From NCBI GenBank assembly GCA_001643675.2, contig LSRY02000038.1, positions 978,077 through 1,042,076 on the forward strand: 64,000 bases of DNA, in the 5' to 3' direction. A program made the position numbers and the translations under genes. This DNA is from Monocercomonoides exilis PA203 (Eukaryota > Protista > Preaxostyla). Within the stretch, counting starts at the first letter, position 1, and every line of letters starts with the position of its first letter. The notes under the pieces were generated by a model. That model saw only the letters and a program-made list of their open reading frames with translations. It was not told the origin of the DNA and made no database searches. Positions 14,082 to 28,466 of this stretch are shown here, one piece after another.

Positions 14082-17000
14082 ATGCGAAACACGCTATTTA
14101 GGTGCGTTTTAATATTGTGGCTAATTGCGCAAAAACAGAACATAAATTGAATATTTTGCACAAAGATGAAAATCGTCCGGTTGAAGCTCTGAAGCAGAAT
14201 TTTTCGTTTGACGTCAATGACTTTGGCGAGAATATTTTAAGTTTCAAACACAGCATGTGTGGCCATTCGCTGAAAAAAGATAAGCTCGCCAAAAATTTTG
14301 AAAAACAAACAATCAACAAAGCGAGCTGTTTGCTTACGAAAATGAAAATTTCAAACTCAACAATTTTGACCAAAAGAGAGTTTATTATTCCCAGCTATGG
14401 AGATTCCACTATTTGGCAAGATGGCTTTTCGAATGTTTCTGTTGTAAGTTGCATTGTTTTTTCGAGAAAACAACAATTAGGCTGCTCATTTGCCAAAACA
14501 GGAAGCATTTTGCGATTAGTTAATATATCGTTTGCATCAAGAACGGGATTTCTGGAAATGAATTCGTTTGTGCTCATGAAAAGTGATTCTCCTGTTTGGA
14601 ATCCTTCTGTTCTTGTTACTGTGTCATCCTAATCATTTTCATCTGTTTTAATATCGTCAACGTTTTTTGCTTCATCTGTAATTGAATCGACATTGGAGCT
14701 TCTTGATTCTACCTTTTTCAATATCAGTGCAAATCCAAATGCGAGCATGCAAGAACAAAAGTCAAACTCTTGCTCTATAACAATTTCAAATTCTGCTTTC
14801 AATCATGTGTACGGTGTGTATGATGGCGTGCTAATTCCTTCGATCTCTGCTGATGCGCGCTCGCTGGGTACTTTTAACGCAACACACATTTCATGCTCTC
14901 GATGGGCAAATAAGCACTACACAAATAAAACACTCAAAAGAGTTGTACTGGATCCTTCAGTTGATAAGGAATTTACGTTTGACTCTTGCATTTGGAAGAG
15001 AATTATAGGTTCTGAATCTGGCCAATGTATCTTTGTTAACACACAAGATGAAACGCTTGTTACACTAACTGTGAAGAGGAGCAACTTTGAAAGTTGCAAG
15101 AACAAAATTAAGTCTGGAGGAGCTATCTTTGAGGCTGGAAATGTACACGTCACCCTTGAAAACACTTCTTTTTATTATGTGAACTGTGAAAATGAAAATA
15201 AAAATAAAGAAACAACTGCTGGAGCTGTTCATGTGATCAGCATTCGTTTCCCAGCAATAAGGCAATGCTTATTTTTTAATTGCAGTTCGAAAGCGGATGC
15301 ACGCGTTATATTTGAGCACCGCGCGACTAAGATACCTGAAAGAAAAGCTGACTTGAATGGAAATTGCACAATTCGGCATCAAAGTTATTTCTCGCAAATT
15401 CGTGAAAGAAACAATTTTCCATGTGAAGGCAACCACATAAAAATGCAAACAAAGTGGAATTCTGATCCAGACGAATTCTTAGAAGAAGTCGAACCAGTTT
15501 GCGTGCAAAGTGCGTTTATGGGATACGATTCGCAAAGAAGCGGAGGCGGACTTTATCTGAAAGATGTTGAAGATCAGGCCCTTGTTTCTGAGTGTGATTT
15601 TTTCCAGATGCGAGGCTGATCATGGAGGAGCGATTTACGTTGCTGTTACGGATTCAGTATTTTTGAAAACAAACGAACGATCGTTCAACCAGAATCTTTT
15701 TTGTATATATGTGCTATTTCACTGTTTATGTGGCATTTAAATATGGGCATGATGCTTTTGTTGTGAGTGAATCTGATTACGAAGATGGTTCGAAATTGTT
15801 TTCGAAATGCAAAACATCCGAGATGAAAAAAGGTGCTGTTATCCAGATGAGAAGAAGCAAGCCCGATGAAATTATTTTTCTCGCAAAATCACTTGAAGTT
15901 ACTCGGCGCATCATTGAATTGGATTCCACTGCCAATTACAATGCTGCGTGTGGCTCTTCAACAAAGCTACCGTGTCAAAATGTTTTTCAAGCTTTAACTC
16001 GTGTTGAAAAGAGCGAAGATGTGAAGTTCTCAATCAATTTTGATGCAAAGACGTTTGAAGATGCAAATTGCATAATAGATGGAATAGATTTAGAGATCGA
16101 TGGAAACAACGGTGGAATAATTTCGATCGGAACTTTTGATTTTGATGTGTTGTTTAGAGCAGTTTTTATTCTTTCAGACACTGCATTCGACGTGATGAAT
16201 CTGACTATTTTTTGCCCAAAAATGGAGATGTATCCATATAATTCTATTTTTTTCACAACAAGTTATGAAAACCCTTCAACAATTTCTCTTGATCACATTA
16301 TCTTTTAGTATGACAACGAAAGCAAATCATGTGACAATAGAAGAGGATATTCAGCTACTCATGAAATGTTATCTTCACCAGCGACATTTGAATGGTTTTA
16401 TTTTTTCCATTTGGCTAATAATGCATCTCTCACAATAATTGGAAGTCTTTTTTGTTGCATACCAGCAGGTGCAATTCGTTCCATTCTTGGTATTTTCATT
16501 TCAACACAACTAACTATTCTCGATTGCATTTTTCAAAATATCAGCACCCATCATGAATATTCTGTTTTATTTAAAGGAGCGTTTTATCAATCAAATTATG
16601 TTGCTGTTAGAAATATCACTGCAAATTTGATAACAACTGTTTCACCGTTTGGTGGCTTTGCTGAATATTCATTGTATGATAGAACACACTTTGCAATTAC
16701 AAATAGCTCATTTAAATCATGTTCTGCTGTTGAAAGCGGAGGTGCATTGTCAATAAGCATTTTAAAAGATGCATCATTAATTTTGGACCAATTATCATTT
16801 TTCAATAATTCTGCCAAAAAATATCGAGATGTACAGTTTTTTACATACTCCTTGCTCGATTTTAACATCCAAAGGATATTCAGCTTTGTTGACGAATCTG
16901 TTGATGGAACTCAAATAGGATGCATTGATATTTGGAATTATAGAGAAGGCATCAGTATAAAGGAATATCTTTCTGTATATAGCAACTCAACGATATATAT

Positions 17001-20000
17001 TTCGTCGTCTCGTGGAGTAGATTTTACCCGCTGTGGAACTTTCAATCTCCCGTGCCGTTCTTTGTCATATGGATGGGCTCATCTTGAAGAGCCTTACAGG
17101 TTGATTGTTGTTGACCTTGCGTATCTGACGCTGCCTTCTATTTTGGAGAAGGCAGAAATCTGCTCGTCGACTGAACTAGGGATTCCAGGGAAAGTGGAAG
17201 TGAACGTTAAATACAGCAGCAGCTGGAGAGAAGTAATCTTGTTAAACGGAAGTGTAAAATTCGAAGGAATTAATCTTGTGTTGCGTCCAATGACAAACAA
17301 CACAAAGAATGCTATAACTGTTATCAGAGGTGCTTCGTTGTGGATAAAAAAGATTATTTCCTTTTCTTCAATAACAGAAGAACAGTCCATTGAATATATG
17401 CTTTTTAATATTGAAGGAGAAGATGTGACTTTCGATAATCTGAGCATTAAAGGGGAAAAGACTTTGAACACTACAGCTTTTTTCAACATTGTATCTGATG
17501 CAGATTTGTTGCAGTTGAAAGACGTTTCAATAGAAAATGTGAAGATTAAACACGACCTGATCTCTATTTCTCCAGATAAGACTCAAGACGCAAAATGGAT
17601 GGATCAGAGGAACAGACAGACCATCTTGATATCGAATTTATCGTTCGTCAAAATGAATGATCTGGCAGATTCAGAGAGATCTTCTGGAAACGCAAAAGAG
17701 GAAATTTTGGGAGGACGACTTCTTCGAAGCAGAGAAAGCGCTCGACAAAAGCTCGAATTGCACAACTCATCATTAAGTGGGTTTATGAGTCTCGATGATT
17801 TTGAGCCTTATGGAGGATGCATTTACTGGAACGGGAAAAAGCGTGACGGAAAAGATTCTTCAACAGCTTCTGAAGACGATGAAGCTGAAGAGAGTTCCGA
17901 GCTATTATTCAAAAATTGCACCTTTTGCAATGATGGTCTTGACACACAACTTCATGAGAAGGAAACGAAAGGAGGAGCAATCTATTTGGTATTTGATTCG
18001 TCAACGTTTCCATTTGTATTTCAGTAAGTTTGCTTGTTCGAAAACAAGGCGAATATCGGGCTCGACATTTTCATCAGATGTCCAAACGTCTCAAACAAAA
18101 AAGAATTAGAGAAATTTAGTATCAATTTCTATCATCCACTTTGGAAAGAACAGAACTCGATCGAGGCTGAAAGCGAAGAAGAAGGAAAAGTTGTTGATTA
18201 TCTGGAGTTTTTAACATATCGAAATTCAATTATTTATGTTAGCGGATATGATAGCTCGGAAAAGAACTGTAGAACTGAGCAAACTTCAACCTTTTCTTCA
18301 CATTCATCTAGCAATAATTCACAGCGCATTAACGATGGTTATGTAAAGCAGGAAAGTGGTTGGGACATCTTTAACTGTGGAAGCAAAGACAATCCTTGCC
18401 GCACTGTGAGTTATGCGATGACACATTTGACATCTCCAACACCTTCAATTTCACAGAAAGTTCTAAATCCCTCTCAATATGTTCCAGATTTCATTCGAAA
18501 GATGCAAATCTTTGGAGAAGAAGACAAGGATGAGCATCTCACACTTCGTATCATTGGCGAGCCTTCAATATTCAGTTCTGTTACGTGGAATTCACTTTCT
18601 GTGGAAGGAGAAGCAGATATAGCTGGGCTGTTATTTGAAAAAAGCGAACAGGAAGCAAATAGCCGGCAAGGAATTGAGCAAAAAGCAAATCTTTTCTAAA
18701 ACAACGAACCGATGGATGATCATGTGATTATCAAAGGAAATTGCAAAATGAATAACACGAACATCAAGATCACTGCCAATTTGCCTGTGAGCTGTCTCTT
18801 TCTTATTGATGATGAAGGAACATTTGAAATTGAACGCTGTGCCATTTCATCTTTAAATGAATTAATGATCATTCCAACCATATTCAAAATTGAAGCAGGA
18901 ACGCTCTTATGTACTTCGATGAATCTTAATAAAGTTCTATTTAGAAACGAATCTTTTTTCATTGACTGTTCCGAGCTGGTCGACGAAAGCAAAGTGAATG
19001 TGCAGTTGAATGAATGCAGCTTCAACAACATAACAGTAAATGATCAAAAATCGCTGATTTTGTTTTCAGCGAAGGAAAAGAGTTTTTATAAAAGCAGTAC
19101 GCATAACCACTTCATAGAATCCACTTCACTTTTTACAACAACATCCTACTCCTCAAACATATCTTCAATTCATCAGGTGTTATCTTCTTCTCATTCAAAT
19201 CTGAACACTTCATCGCACGATGAAAAATCTTCGATTCCTCTTCATGTTCCTCTTAAGTTCGTTAACACAAACGTCTCCTTCAATTCGCGTATCTCTGCAA
19301 AAGGCTTCTTTTTGGCTGCAAATAGATGTAGCAATGTTGAAATATCAGGTTGCAGCTTTTTGTATGTGAATGTGTCTTCTTCAACTGATAATTCGCAGAA
19401 AGACGACTCAAATGGCATTTGTTTTTGGAGCAGTTCTTTTTTAAGTTATGTTGATAGCTTAGCATATGTGCGCAATACAACGTTCAGAACAAAGCTCGAG
19501 GGAGCTATTAACTCTGAAAACAGCTATCTGTTTAACGATCCTGGATCGTTGAAAGGAAACTCTATTGAATTAGAGACATTTCCAAGCGTTGCTCACAATA
19601 TTAAATGCAAAAGCGTAGCAGCACAGGAAAATGATGATAAAGGTTCTATTGAGCTTATAAAAGATGCTGGAAGCTCAACAAATTTAGAATCCAAAGTCAG
19701 AAGCATAAAATCAGATCTCAGGACGCAAAATGAACAAAGGGAAGAAGAAATCAACGAGGAATTTCCGGACAGTTTCTGGATTGAAAACGACACTTGCTCG
19801 CTTGTTGGTTTCCCCTCTGATATGATGTCGAGTTTGTTTACACCTCGCCCTGTAAATGTTTCAAGTGCGAAAAGTGGAGAGAAATATGAAGTGACTTTGA
19901 AGGGAAAATACCTTTTGAACTGTAATCTTTTGATGGCGCTGCTCGCAAACCAGACTAATGCCGGAAAATTCACAGACAAATTGGCAGAAATTGCAGTGGC

Positions 20001-20403
20001 AAATAAATTGAACAGTGGCAATGAGAATGCAGTTTCTGCGATATTTCCTCTGGATGCCGTGGAGCGTGGTGATGGATCGGATGTGTATGTTGTGCTGAAG
20101 TTTTCAACTGAGAAAGCATTCAACAAAGATTTGACAACAATTCCTATGCGTGTGAGTGAAGGAAATAATTCTGGTGTGGTTGACGATACAATGATGATTG
20201 TGATAATTGCTGTTTCTGCTGTGGTTGTTGGTGTTGGGTTTACAGTGGCATTGTTTTTTGTGCGAAGACGATGGAGGAAGAAGATGCTGCTTACTGAATA
20301 CGAAGAAAAGAAGAGCCTTTTAACTTCGATAAATGCAGACTTTCAGAGGGGGATGAGGAGAAAAGAGGAAAATACTGCTTTCTCAAGCAATATTTCTGAT
20401 TAA
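14082..20403 (+). pseudogene. Disrupted, apparently intronless ~2100-codon type I membrane surface protein (GGAI / CGxxxxPC repeats, beta-helix/Pmp-like)
   Basis: Signal-like MRNTLFRCVLILWLIA at 14082. GGAI(F/Y) motifs and CGSSTKLPC, CGTFNLPC, CGSKDNPC motifs. C-terminal TM IVIIAVSAVVVGVGFTVALFFV followed by RRRWRKK. Broken by in-frame TAA/TAG at 14630, 16306, 18025 and 18697, and by frameshifts near 14130 and 15600-15700. Confidence 0.75.
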
Positions 20404-20954
20404 GGAACAACCACAAAACAGATTGATATTCCTTCAGATCCACAAGGGCCTTTTCTTGAGGATTAAAGCAGATTGTTATGCTTTATTTTTAATACATTTA
20501 ACTTTGATTTTAATAAACATTCATAAAGTTTCAAATAATTTTGTTATATTTTTTATATATGTATTATTTTTTTCTTTTCTATTATTATGATTTATGTTGA
20601 TTTAGAGTTTCTTAATTTTTTGATCCTTTTTTGTTTTCAGTAATATTTGCTTACTGGCGATTCGAATTTATTTCTTTTTTGGGTTTTCCGATTTTTTGTA
20701 TTTCTTTTTAACATGTAAAATAAAGATTAACGTGAAAAATGATCATTTTTCACATTAAATCCTCAAAGTGATATCTCTCCAGTGAATGCAAACAAAAATT
20801 TTTATTTCACATTTTTAATTTTATTTATTTATTTTTAAAAAATAAAAAAAGAATCAATGATTTATGATCAAATACATAATATATTCTGAAAACATTATTT
20901 TCCAACAATTTTTATTTTTTCGGTTTCTATTGCAGATAGAATACCTTAATTGAA

Positions 20955-22255
20955 ATGTCCGGGGATAATAGACAACATATCCATTATATTCTTAGTTTAC
21001 AGCGTCTTGCGTTGAAAAAGGACGCGATTGGAAGAACGAAAGCAATGAGATGGATTTCTGTGAAGAAATCAGTTCCATCATGGGAAATAAGGCATGACGT
21101 TACGATTTCGGATAATGACGGATGCACAATGGCGATGCTGTGGATTATAAATGTGAAGACAGAACCACCAAAGTGGATGAGACACGATATGACGCTGAAA
21201 GATAAGTACGGATGGACGATGGCCATGTTCTGGATTGCGCTTGTGAAGACAGAACCACCAAAGTGGATGAGGCACAATAATATATTTGCAGATATTCTTG
21301 GAAAAACAATGGCTATGTTGTGGATTGCGCTTGTGAAAACAGAACCACCAGAGTGGATGAGACATGAAATTTCACTTGGCGACAAGGAAGGGAGGACAAT
21401 GGCCATGCTATGGATTGAGAATGTTGGGATAGAGCCACCAGACTGGATGAGACATGATGTGACACTTTGCAATAAGAATGGATGCACAATGTCCATGCTT
21501 TGGATTTATCTTGTCAAAACAGAACCACCTGAATGGATGAGACACGATATTACACTTAGCGACAAGGAAGGGAGGACAATGGCAGTGTTGTGGATTGCGA
21601 ATGTGAAGACAGAACCTCCCAAGTGGATGAGGCTTAGCAACGAATTTGGTAATAAGGAAGGGAAAACAACAGCGATGCTGTGAATAGATAATGTTCGAGC
21701 AAAATCTTCATTGCGGATGTTAATGGATAACGCGGAAGGCAACAAGGATGGGAGGACATTTGCGATGATGTGGATTTTGGAGAAAAAGACAGAGCCGCCT
21801 GAGTGGATGAGACATAGTATAACGATCACAGATACGGATGATTGGACGATGGCCATGTTTTGGATTCGCGAAATCCATTCAGAACCACCTAGGTGGATGA
21901 GACATGGAATTACAATTAAAGATAAGGATGGAAGGACAATGGCCATGAAGTGGATTGCATATGTGAAGACAGATCCTCCAGAATGGATGAGGCGCAACAA
22001 TTAATTTAAAGATAAGGATGAGAAAACGATTGCAGATTATTGGAAAGTTTATGTTGGAAGTGAAGTGCCAGAGTGGATGAAGCGTGACGAATCATTTGCC
22101 TCGATAAAATTGATAATGAACCCGATGATACAGCAGATGATGATGAAGAAATGATAGAGACAATGAATTTGATCAAAGAAATATTAAAGAAGCTTCAGAA
22201 GAAAAGTGGAAAGAAAATTCACTTGAAGATGAAGATAGAATCTGGAAGGGAATAA
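20955..22255 (+). pseudogene. Tandem 30-aa repeat protein (GxTMAMxWIxxVKTEPPxWMRHDxxxxDKx, possibly ankyrin-derived), interrupted
   Basis: Strict 90-nt periodicity (WM codons near 21174, 21264, 21354, 21444, 21534, 21624 and onward), about 12 units. In-frame TGA at 21681 at a conserved Trp position, TAA at 22002; the repeat continues past both stops. Confidence 0.75.
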
Positions 22256-23010
22256 TGAAGATTTATTATTTGAAGCGAGATCCATTGCCATCACGAATGA
22301 AACAATGCATTTCAGCTGAAGACGAAGGCGAGAGGGCGAGCGTTGAATTAAATGCACCAGAAATGGATGAAGACTGCTAATTCCACATGAAGGTTTGCTT
22401 CATTTGCATAGAAGATATTATTTGTGAAGCCTTGAATGAACAGATTTGAGAGCATGCCAATAAAGACTATTCCACAACATTTCTTAATTCATGACTTTTC
22501 TTTCTTTCCTTCTTTGAAGCTGATTTACTCTGTTGGCAGATGCTTGGATGCACTTCAAAGATATTTCATTTTTACCTTCTTTAATTTTGCTATCGATTAT
22601 TTTTCGTTTCACCAGAACAATTGAAGCTAATCATTACAATGTTTTATTTTTACAAAATTATTTTTTCAACTATTTTTATTTGATTCTGCTAATAATCAAA
22701 GAAAATATCAATTCAAATTTTCCTGGTTTCCTTTATCATGTGCAAATGTGACTGAAAATGAAATGAGCATTTTTGTGATTCGGAGGAAAGAGAGCTGATG
22801 TTATTGATAATTGTGCTTTGAACACTGGCAGTTTCATTCTCATTTTCATCTTGCTGCTGCCTTTTGGTTGATAATTGATTCATGTTTATTTATTTTGAAG
22901 CTTTGAAAAATTGTCTTTTCACAAAAAATATGGGTTAATTGTTTTCTATTTTGTGAAATGATGAAAAATGAATATCCAAACTTATGAGAAACAAAATACA
23001 ATGAATTTTC

Positions 23011-24420
23011 TCAAACATTCACACGAAAATCAGAAACATTCAACAGCGCTTCGTCATAATATTTTTTGCACAGAAAATCAAATATTTCATGAAAGCTTGT
23101 GATGGTGTCTTCGTATCCTTCTTCTTCCATCTTTTCAAACACTTTCCTTTTCATCTCTTTTCTTTCCTCTTCTTTCAATTGCATTGAAGCATTCACAAAA
23201 AACATTAAAATACGATGAACCATTTCGTCGTCCATTGTTTGCCTCTGTATCTCCTCCAAAAAAACATCAACTGCTCCTCCTTTTAATAAGTTTTCAACTC
23301 TCACATCTCTAATTTCTGCTGCATTTCCCAAGAAACAAATGCACTTTTTACCAATATCTCTGCGATTATCCTTTGCTACTCGATATACCTGGACAATGCG
23401 GCTAAAAAGCTCAATATATTCTTCATTCCTTAATCCGCAGAAGCGAAAGAAAAACTCAAATATTTGCAGCCATCTTGTAATAGCAAGCTCTTCTTTAATA
23501 TCTTTTCTTTTTCTCTCTCCTTCTTTTTTCTTCCAATCCACACATCTTGCCAGCTCTTCTAATTCTCTTGTTGCTTCTCTCACAAAATGCAACTCATTCA
23601 CAATAACACTTTCCAAGCTCATATCATAGAACAATCTGTGAATCAAAAATTGCATTGCAGACTGATAGGCAAGTCGTGTCAAGTTGCGATGCTCCTGGTG
23701 ATATTTGATGATTTCTTTGATTTCCTCCAAATACAGTTTTTGTTCGATAAACTCATAAAAAAAGAAGAAAAATAAATAATATCAATAAGAAAAAAATTTT
23801 CATACATTAAATCCTAAAGTTGCTAAAGCCAATAATGTCATTTCCACTTCTTTCAGAGTCTCCTTGTTTTCCTCTTTCTTCAACGCAATTTTCAGGAGAC
23901 AAGGCACACAAATGGATATCAATTGTGATGAAGTCCCGATGTTAAACAAAAGATAGCATTCGCAGATCTCAGTCAGAAGCTTTTCATTCTTTTCATCTTT
24001 TTTTCCCTCTTCTTCAGAAATCATCTTCTCAAATCTTTCATTCAATGTTGAATATTCAAATTCTTCAATCCAAATTCTTTTCAATGCTTTGCAAAATCCA
24101 GCATGCTTCAGTAGCAAAATTGCATTTCCCAATTGCAGTTTCTTTTCCTCAATCAATTTGTCCATTTTGTTAAACATTCTTGTTGTGAAAACTGATTTGA
24201 ATTCTTCAACATTCATTTCATCAATAATTTCATTCATTTCCCCGATTTTCTGTTTCTGCTCGCTTTCTGGGCAATGCCCCAACTGTGAAAGTGTCTCTAA
24301 AAAATTGAAAAATCAAAGAGATAAAAGAAGCATTTATTTTTTAAACCAACAATTTCTTATCACGTTTTGCAAACTGAGAAATATTTGCTTTTTTGAAGGT
24401 GGCTGTGAAATCGCAAAATG
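23011..24420 (-). CDS. Unnamed helical multigene family member, copy A (about 430 aa, 2 introns; start uncertain)
   Basis: ORFs 23800-24282 and 23011-23730 are homologous to the copies at 28.5 kb and 32.8 kb (EQKQKI.EMN, LLLKHAG, ICECYL, HRNLTRLAYQSA, KMEEEGYEDT). Confidence 0.75.
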
Positions 24421-25599
24421 AATTCAAAACAACAAATAAATTCATTTTCGAAATATTCGTTGAATATTCGAATTAAAAGAATTAAAAACACAAAATCAAA
24501 ATTTTTTAATAACACAGGATTCAAAACCTCTTTTGCCATCATGATTTTTGCCTCAAAACAAGCAAATCTCGAAACAAAATAATCTTGTTTTTCAGCAAAT
24601 AAATAAGGGTTCACAACCTATAATTTAATAAGTTAGGATGTTTGATTGATGATTTGCGACAGCCAGAGCATGTTTGAGCTGCTTAGTCCAACGACTACAG
24701 ATACACCCATGCGAGTTATGACACTTCAGAAGTGCATGGATTTTGTCTACAGATGGAGGAGCGATTGGTTGTTTGCATTGATTTCTTGTGAAAAGTGAAT
24801 TAGTGGGAAAAATTGCATGAAATATGAACTTGGCTATATATCGCAAATCATATGGTGCAACATCGACTGCTATATTTTGACTGAAAAATAACTCAAGCAA
24901 GATGCAGTAAAGGCGAGCAGAATTTCAGAAAGATTGAATTGAACTTTTTGTTCATATCAAGAGAAATATGACACGCCAAGCATTTCTTTTGCGCAGGGTT
25001 TGTTTTGTGGAAGAGAAAATGGAATTGGGAGTTGGACCAAGGAGGAAGCTAGCAGAGAGAAACACTCAGCTGGCCTTAATAATAATCTCATTTGTCTTTT
25101 GAACGAAGCAAGTTGGAAAACTATCAACAAAGACATGGTGTTGAATAAGTCTTTGAAAAGGAGCTCATTTGGAAAATGTGCTTTCATCTGATATCACAGC
25201 CAACTTCACAATGGATTCTAAGAACAAGAAAACCTGTTGGACCGATAATTACCAATCCATTGGAGATGAGAAAATATTTCAAGATAAAAAAGATGGTTTG
25301 ACTTTTTTTATTTTATTAATTTTTCTTTTTAGATGTTCTTTGAATGAATAAAGATTGATCATGAACAGGAATACCGCAAAGAGAGAGAAGCATTTTTATC
25401 CTTTTTCAAAAGAGCCAGAAGTTTTGAGATGATTCTTGTTTCTATTGCATTCACTGATGGAATCCGTGACTTCTGCAACCTGCTTTGCAAGCAGTATAAC
25501 CTGACAAGCTAAAGATGAGCTAGAAAGAGAGAAAAAGCAGTTTATTTGGCAGAGGTGACTCTTTTGTAGAGGCTGATGAGCTGGCTGGGTATTCACATT

Positions 25600-27071
25600 C
25601 CGAACACATCCGGCTTCTCATATAACTCAACACTCATCTTCTTCGATTAACTCTTCGCAATCATCTCCTTCATTGTTATGCAGTTATTCTTCTCCTTCTT
25701 CTTCTCCTTCTTCATCGTTATAGTCTTCTTCTCCTCTCCCAATTTATTCACATTCTCGTTCTCATACTCATTCTCATTCTCATTCTTATTCTTATTCTCA
25801 TACTCCTCCTCCTTCTGCTTCTTCAAATCAATCAAGCTGCTCTTTCTCCCTTATTCCTCATTCATTGCTAAGCCATTCGTTGAAATTTCCACCTGTTCCT
25901 CATCTTTCCCCACTCCATTTGCACTTCCATCCGAAGATATGCCCAAAGACCCATCTGCTTCTTCTTCTTCTGCTATCCTGTTCTCCTGTTGGATACCATC
26001 AGATGGAGAAGAGCTGCGCACTTCTGGTTCAACTGAATGCTGCTTGTATGCGCCCACCTCAGCCTCTGCCTTCACAAACCTCAGCCCACTCAGCCCAAGC
26101 GCCTCCACAATCAACGGTGCCATCGCTTCTTCCAGCTTCCCCTGGTTCTCTTTGATTCTCTCCACAAACTCTCTGTGCGCTGTCGGATACCCGCCTTTCT
26201 CCTCATTCCCATCACCTCCTTCTGCTTCTTCCCGCTCCTCCAGCACCTCCAGCACAATCGCTGCTGGTGACAGAACCACATCCTCCTTCCTCAGCCCCAC
26301 CGCATTCAACCCTTTCTCCACAATCTCCCCCACTTCACACACTGCAACCCCCCGCCCCATCGCTTCCTCGTTCAGCTTCACCACCACGCGCCTCGACTGC
26401 GGCGATCACCATATCTGCAGCGACAGGTCAAAGAGATCGCAGATCGACTGGAACGCATTCACGTCTGCCGCTGCAAAGATCCGCTTGCTCCCCGACTTCG
26501 TGCACACCGACGCTGCAAGCGACGGAAGCGGAGTCATCAGCAGAACCGAAAGCATCGCCGAAAGCGCCACATCGTACGCACACGTAATACACCCATATAA
26601 CACAGCCCGTCGCACTACAACATATCCCTCGAAGCGTCTGTTGCTCCCTCAGTTTCAACTTCTTGTGATTTTCATACACCCCAGCAGACTCTGGACGTCG
26701 TCCATCGCTGCTTCCGACATGTATGATGCCACTTCCTCCGAAGTATTTAAAGAGTCAATCACAGGAGCTGATGAATATAACAATGGTTTATCATCTCCTG
26801 CTGCATTCTTCTTTTCGCTTCTCCGCCTCCAGAATGGCGAAGCTGTCCGGCGTGCTGCTCCAAGTGAAGAAGACGAAGAAGACGAAGGAGCTGAGCGAAG
26901 AGATGACTGCTGTACTGCCCTGGCCACAAGAAGCTTTTTCAGACACTCCACCACGTCTGCCTGCAGCTCCACAGGCGATACAAACACAACAACCACATTT
27001 GGATCACGAAGGCAAATCAACCGTGAAATATTACCATCATCAAGCGATATAAGATAATAGGTTATTATCAT
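25600..27071 (-). pseudogene. IQCH-like (IQ motif-containing H) gene relic
   Basis: Frameshifted pieces NISRLICLRDPNVVVVFVSPVEL, DVALSAMLSVLL..CTKSGSKRIFAAADV and VVKLNEEAMGRGVA resemble conserved IQCH blocks (recognised from memory, no search run). Confidence 0.6.
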
Positions 27072-28466
27072 TTTTTTTGTTGATCATGCATTGAAGTTTG
27101 GAGTGGAATAAGAAGAAGAAGATGATGATTACGATGAAATTGAATGCAAATCCTTCAGATGATTGTCATCGATGCATTCAGAATTAACAATAGCTGCGGC
27201 TGTAAGTTGTTTCTTTTTAGCAGATTTAACAACTTCAAAAGTTGAAGGATATGAGAGACCGATAATGGATCGAATACAAAGATGCTACTGATGAAACACA
27301 TTGATAGAATCAAATGAATTATGAGTGAAATGGCGAGCGTTTTCACTGATGGCTGTGCGGCTTTTACGGGGAAAATGGAGGATTGAAAAATCCATTGATT
27401 TGAATTTGAATTCACATTTATTATCCATTGTGACAAGATATGGCAACAAAGCCCTTCGAAGAGATTCCGATTGACTGAGTGAAGATTGCGTTTGTGCAAA
27501 AGGATTTCTCGCACAATGAATAAAAATTCCCTTCAGGTCTCTTCATTCTTTGAAAACAGTAGCTGAATTCACTGATTCATAACTTCAAGTATTTTTGCTT
27601 ATTGAAGATAATGTTATTTGCTCGCTTTCATCTAGATTCAGCTCATGAGCACAGCTGACTTTGATGCATTTTCAATCCAATCATCATGCAATTGAATCCA
27701 AACTGCTTTTCTGTATAAAGCCTAATAACACCAAAGATTGAGGTTAGTATCAGTCATTGTTGTTATTCCTCCAGCTGTTGAACCCTGTATTTTTTGATGT
27801 TGGAAATGGCCTTTATTAAATTTCCTTGTTGACTCATTTTGCAATGAAACATGTTTTCCATGTCCTCCTGCTGTTTGTTTGTATTTTGCTTTGAATCATC
27901 AATTCTTTTTGATTTTTTGCTTTTTCAGTTCTTTCTTCTTCAACAATCCTGAAAGTCATCACGAATGAAAACAGAAAATAGAAAAATAATACAAAAAACA
28001 GGATCATTCATTCACACACACATTCACATTCTCTGTTTTTTTTTATTTAATTCGCTTTGCTTTAAAAAAAGAATTCTTCTCTCTTCAAGAAGTGCATTCA
28101 CCTGTTTTGCTTTTTCTCATTAGCAAAACTCCTTTTCGGCATTTGATGTTTCCTAGGCAACAAAATTGGAAGAAATCCAACTCATGGAATAAAATGTCTC
28201 AAAATTCGAAATCCATTAAAGAATCATTATTTTCGATGGTTTGATCAAACAGAAACAAAACAATTTGCATTTCTGACCTTTTCCAGTCGAGATCATTTGC
28301 ATCGGTGAATATTCATTTTTTCACTAATTTTTTAAAGTCAGACAATTGTTTTTGTGGTTGCCACCTTTTCGTTTTGCAAGATAATAAAACATGTTTGAAA
28401 TTATCGATTGTTCATTTTGTGCAAATGTTTGCTCGATAAATATTACGTTTTTTTGCTATTAGCAGA

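Noticed and set aside
20984-22000. Antisense ORFs with repeats, and the 90-nt periodic array as a possible CRISPR
   Set aside because: Shadow frames of the + strand repeat protein. Variation is codon-structured with no repeat-spacer architecture, and the context is eukaryotic.
24620-25400. Short ORFs between family copy A and the IQCH-like relic
   Set aside because: Multiple stops in all frames and no recognisable motif.
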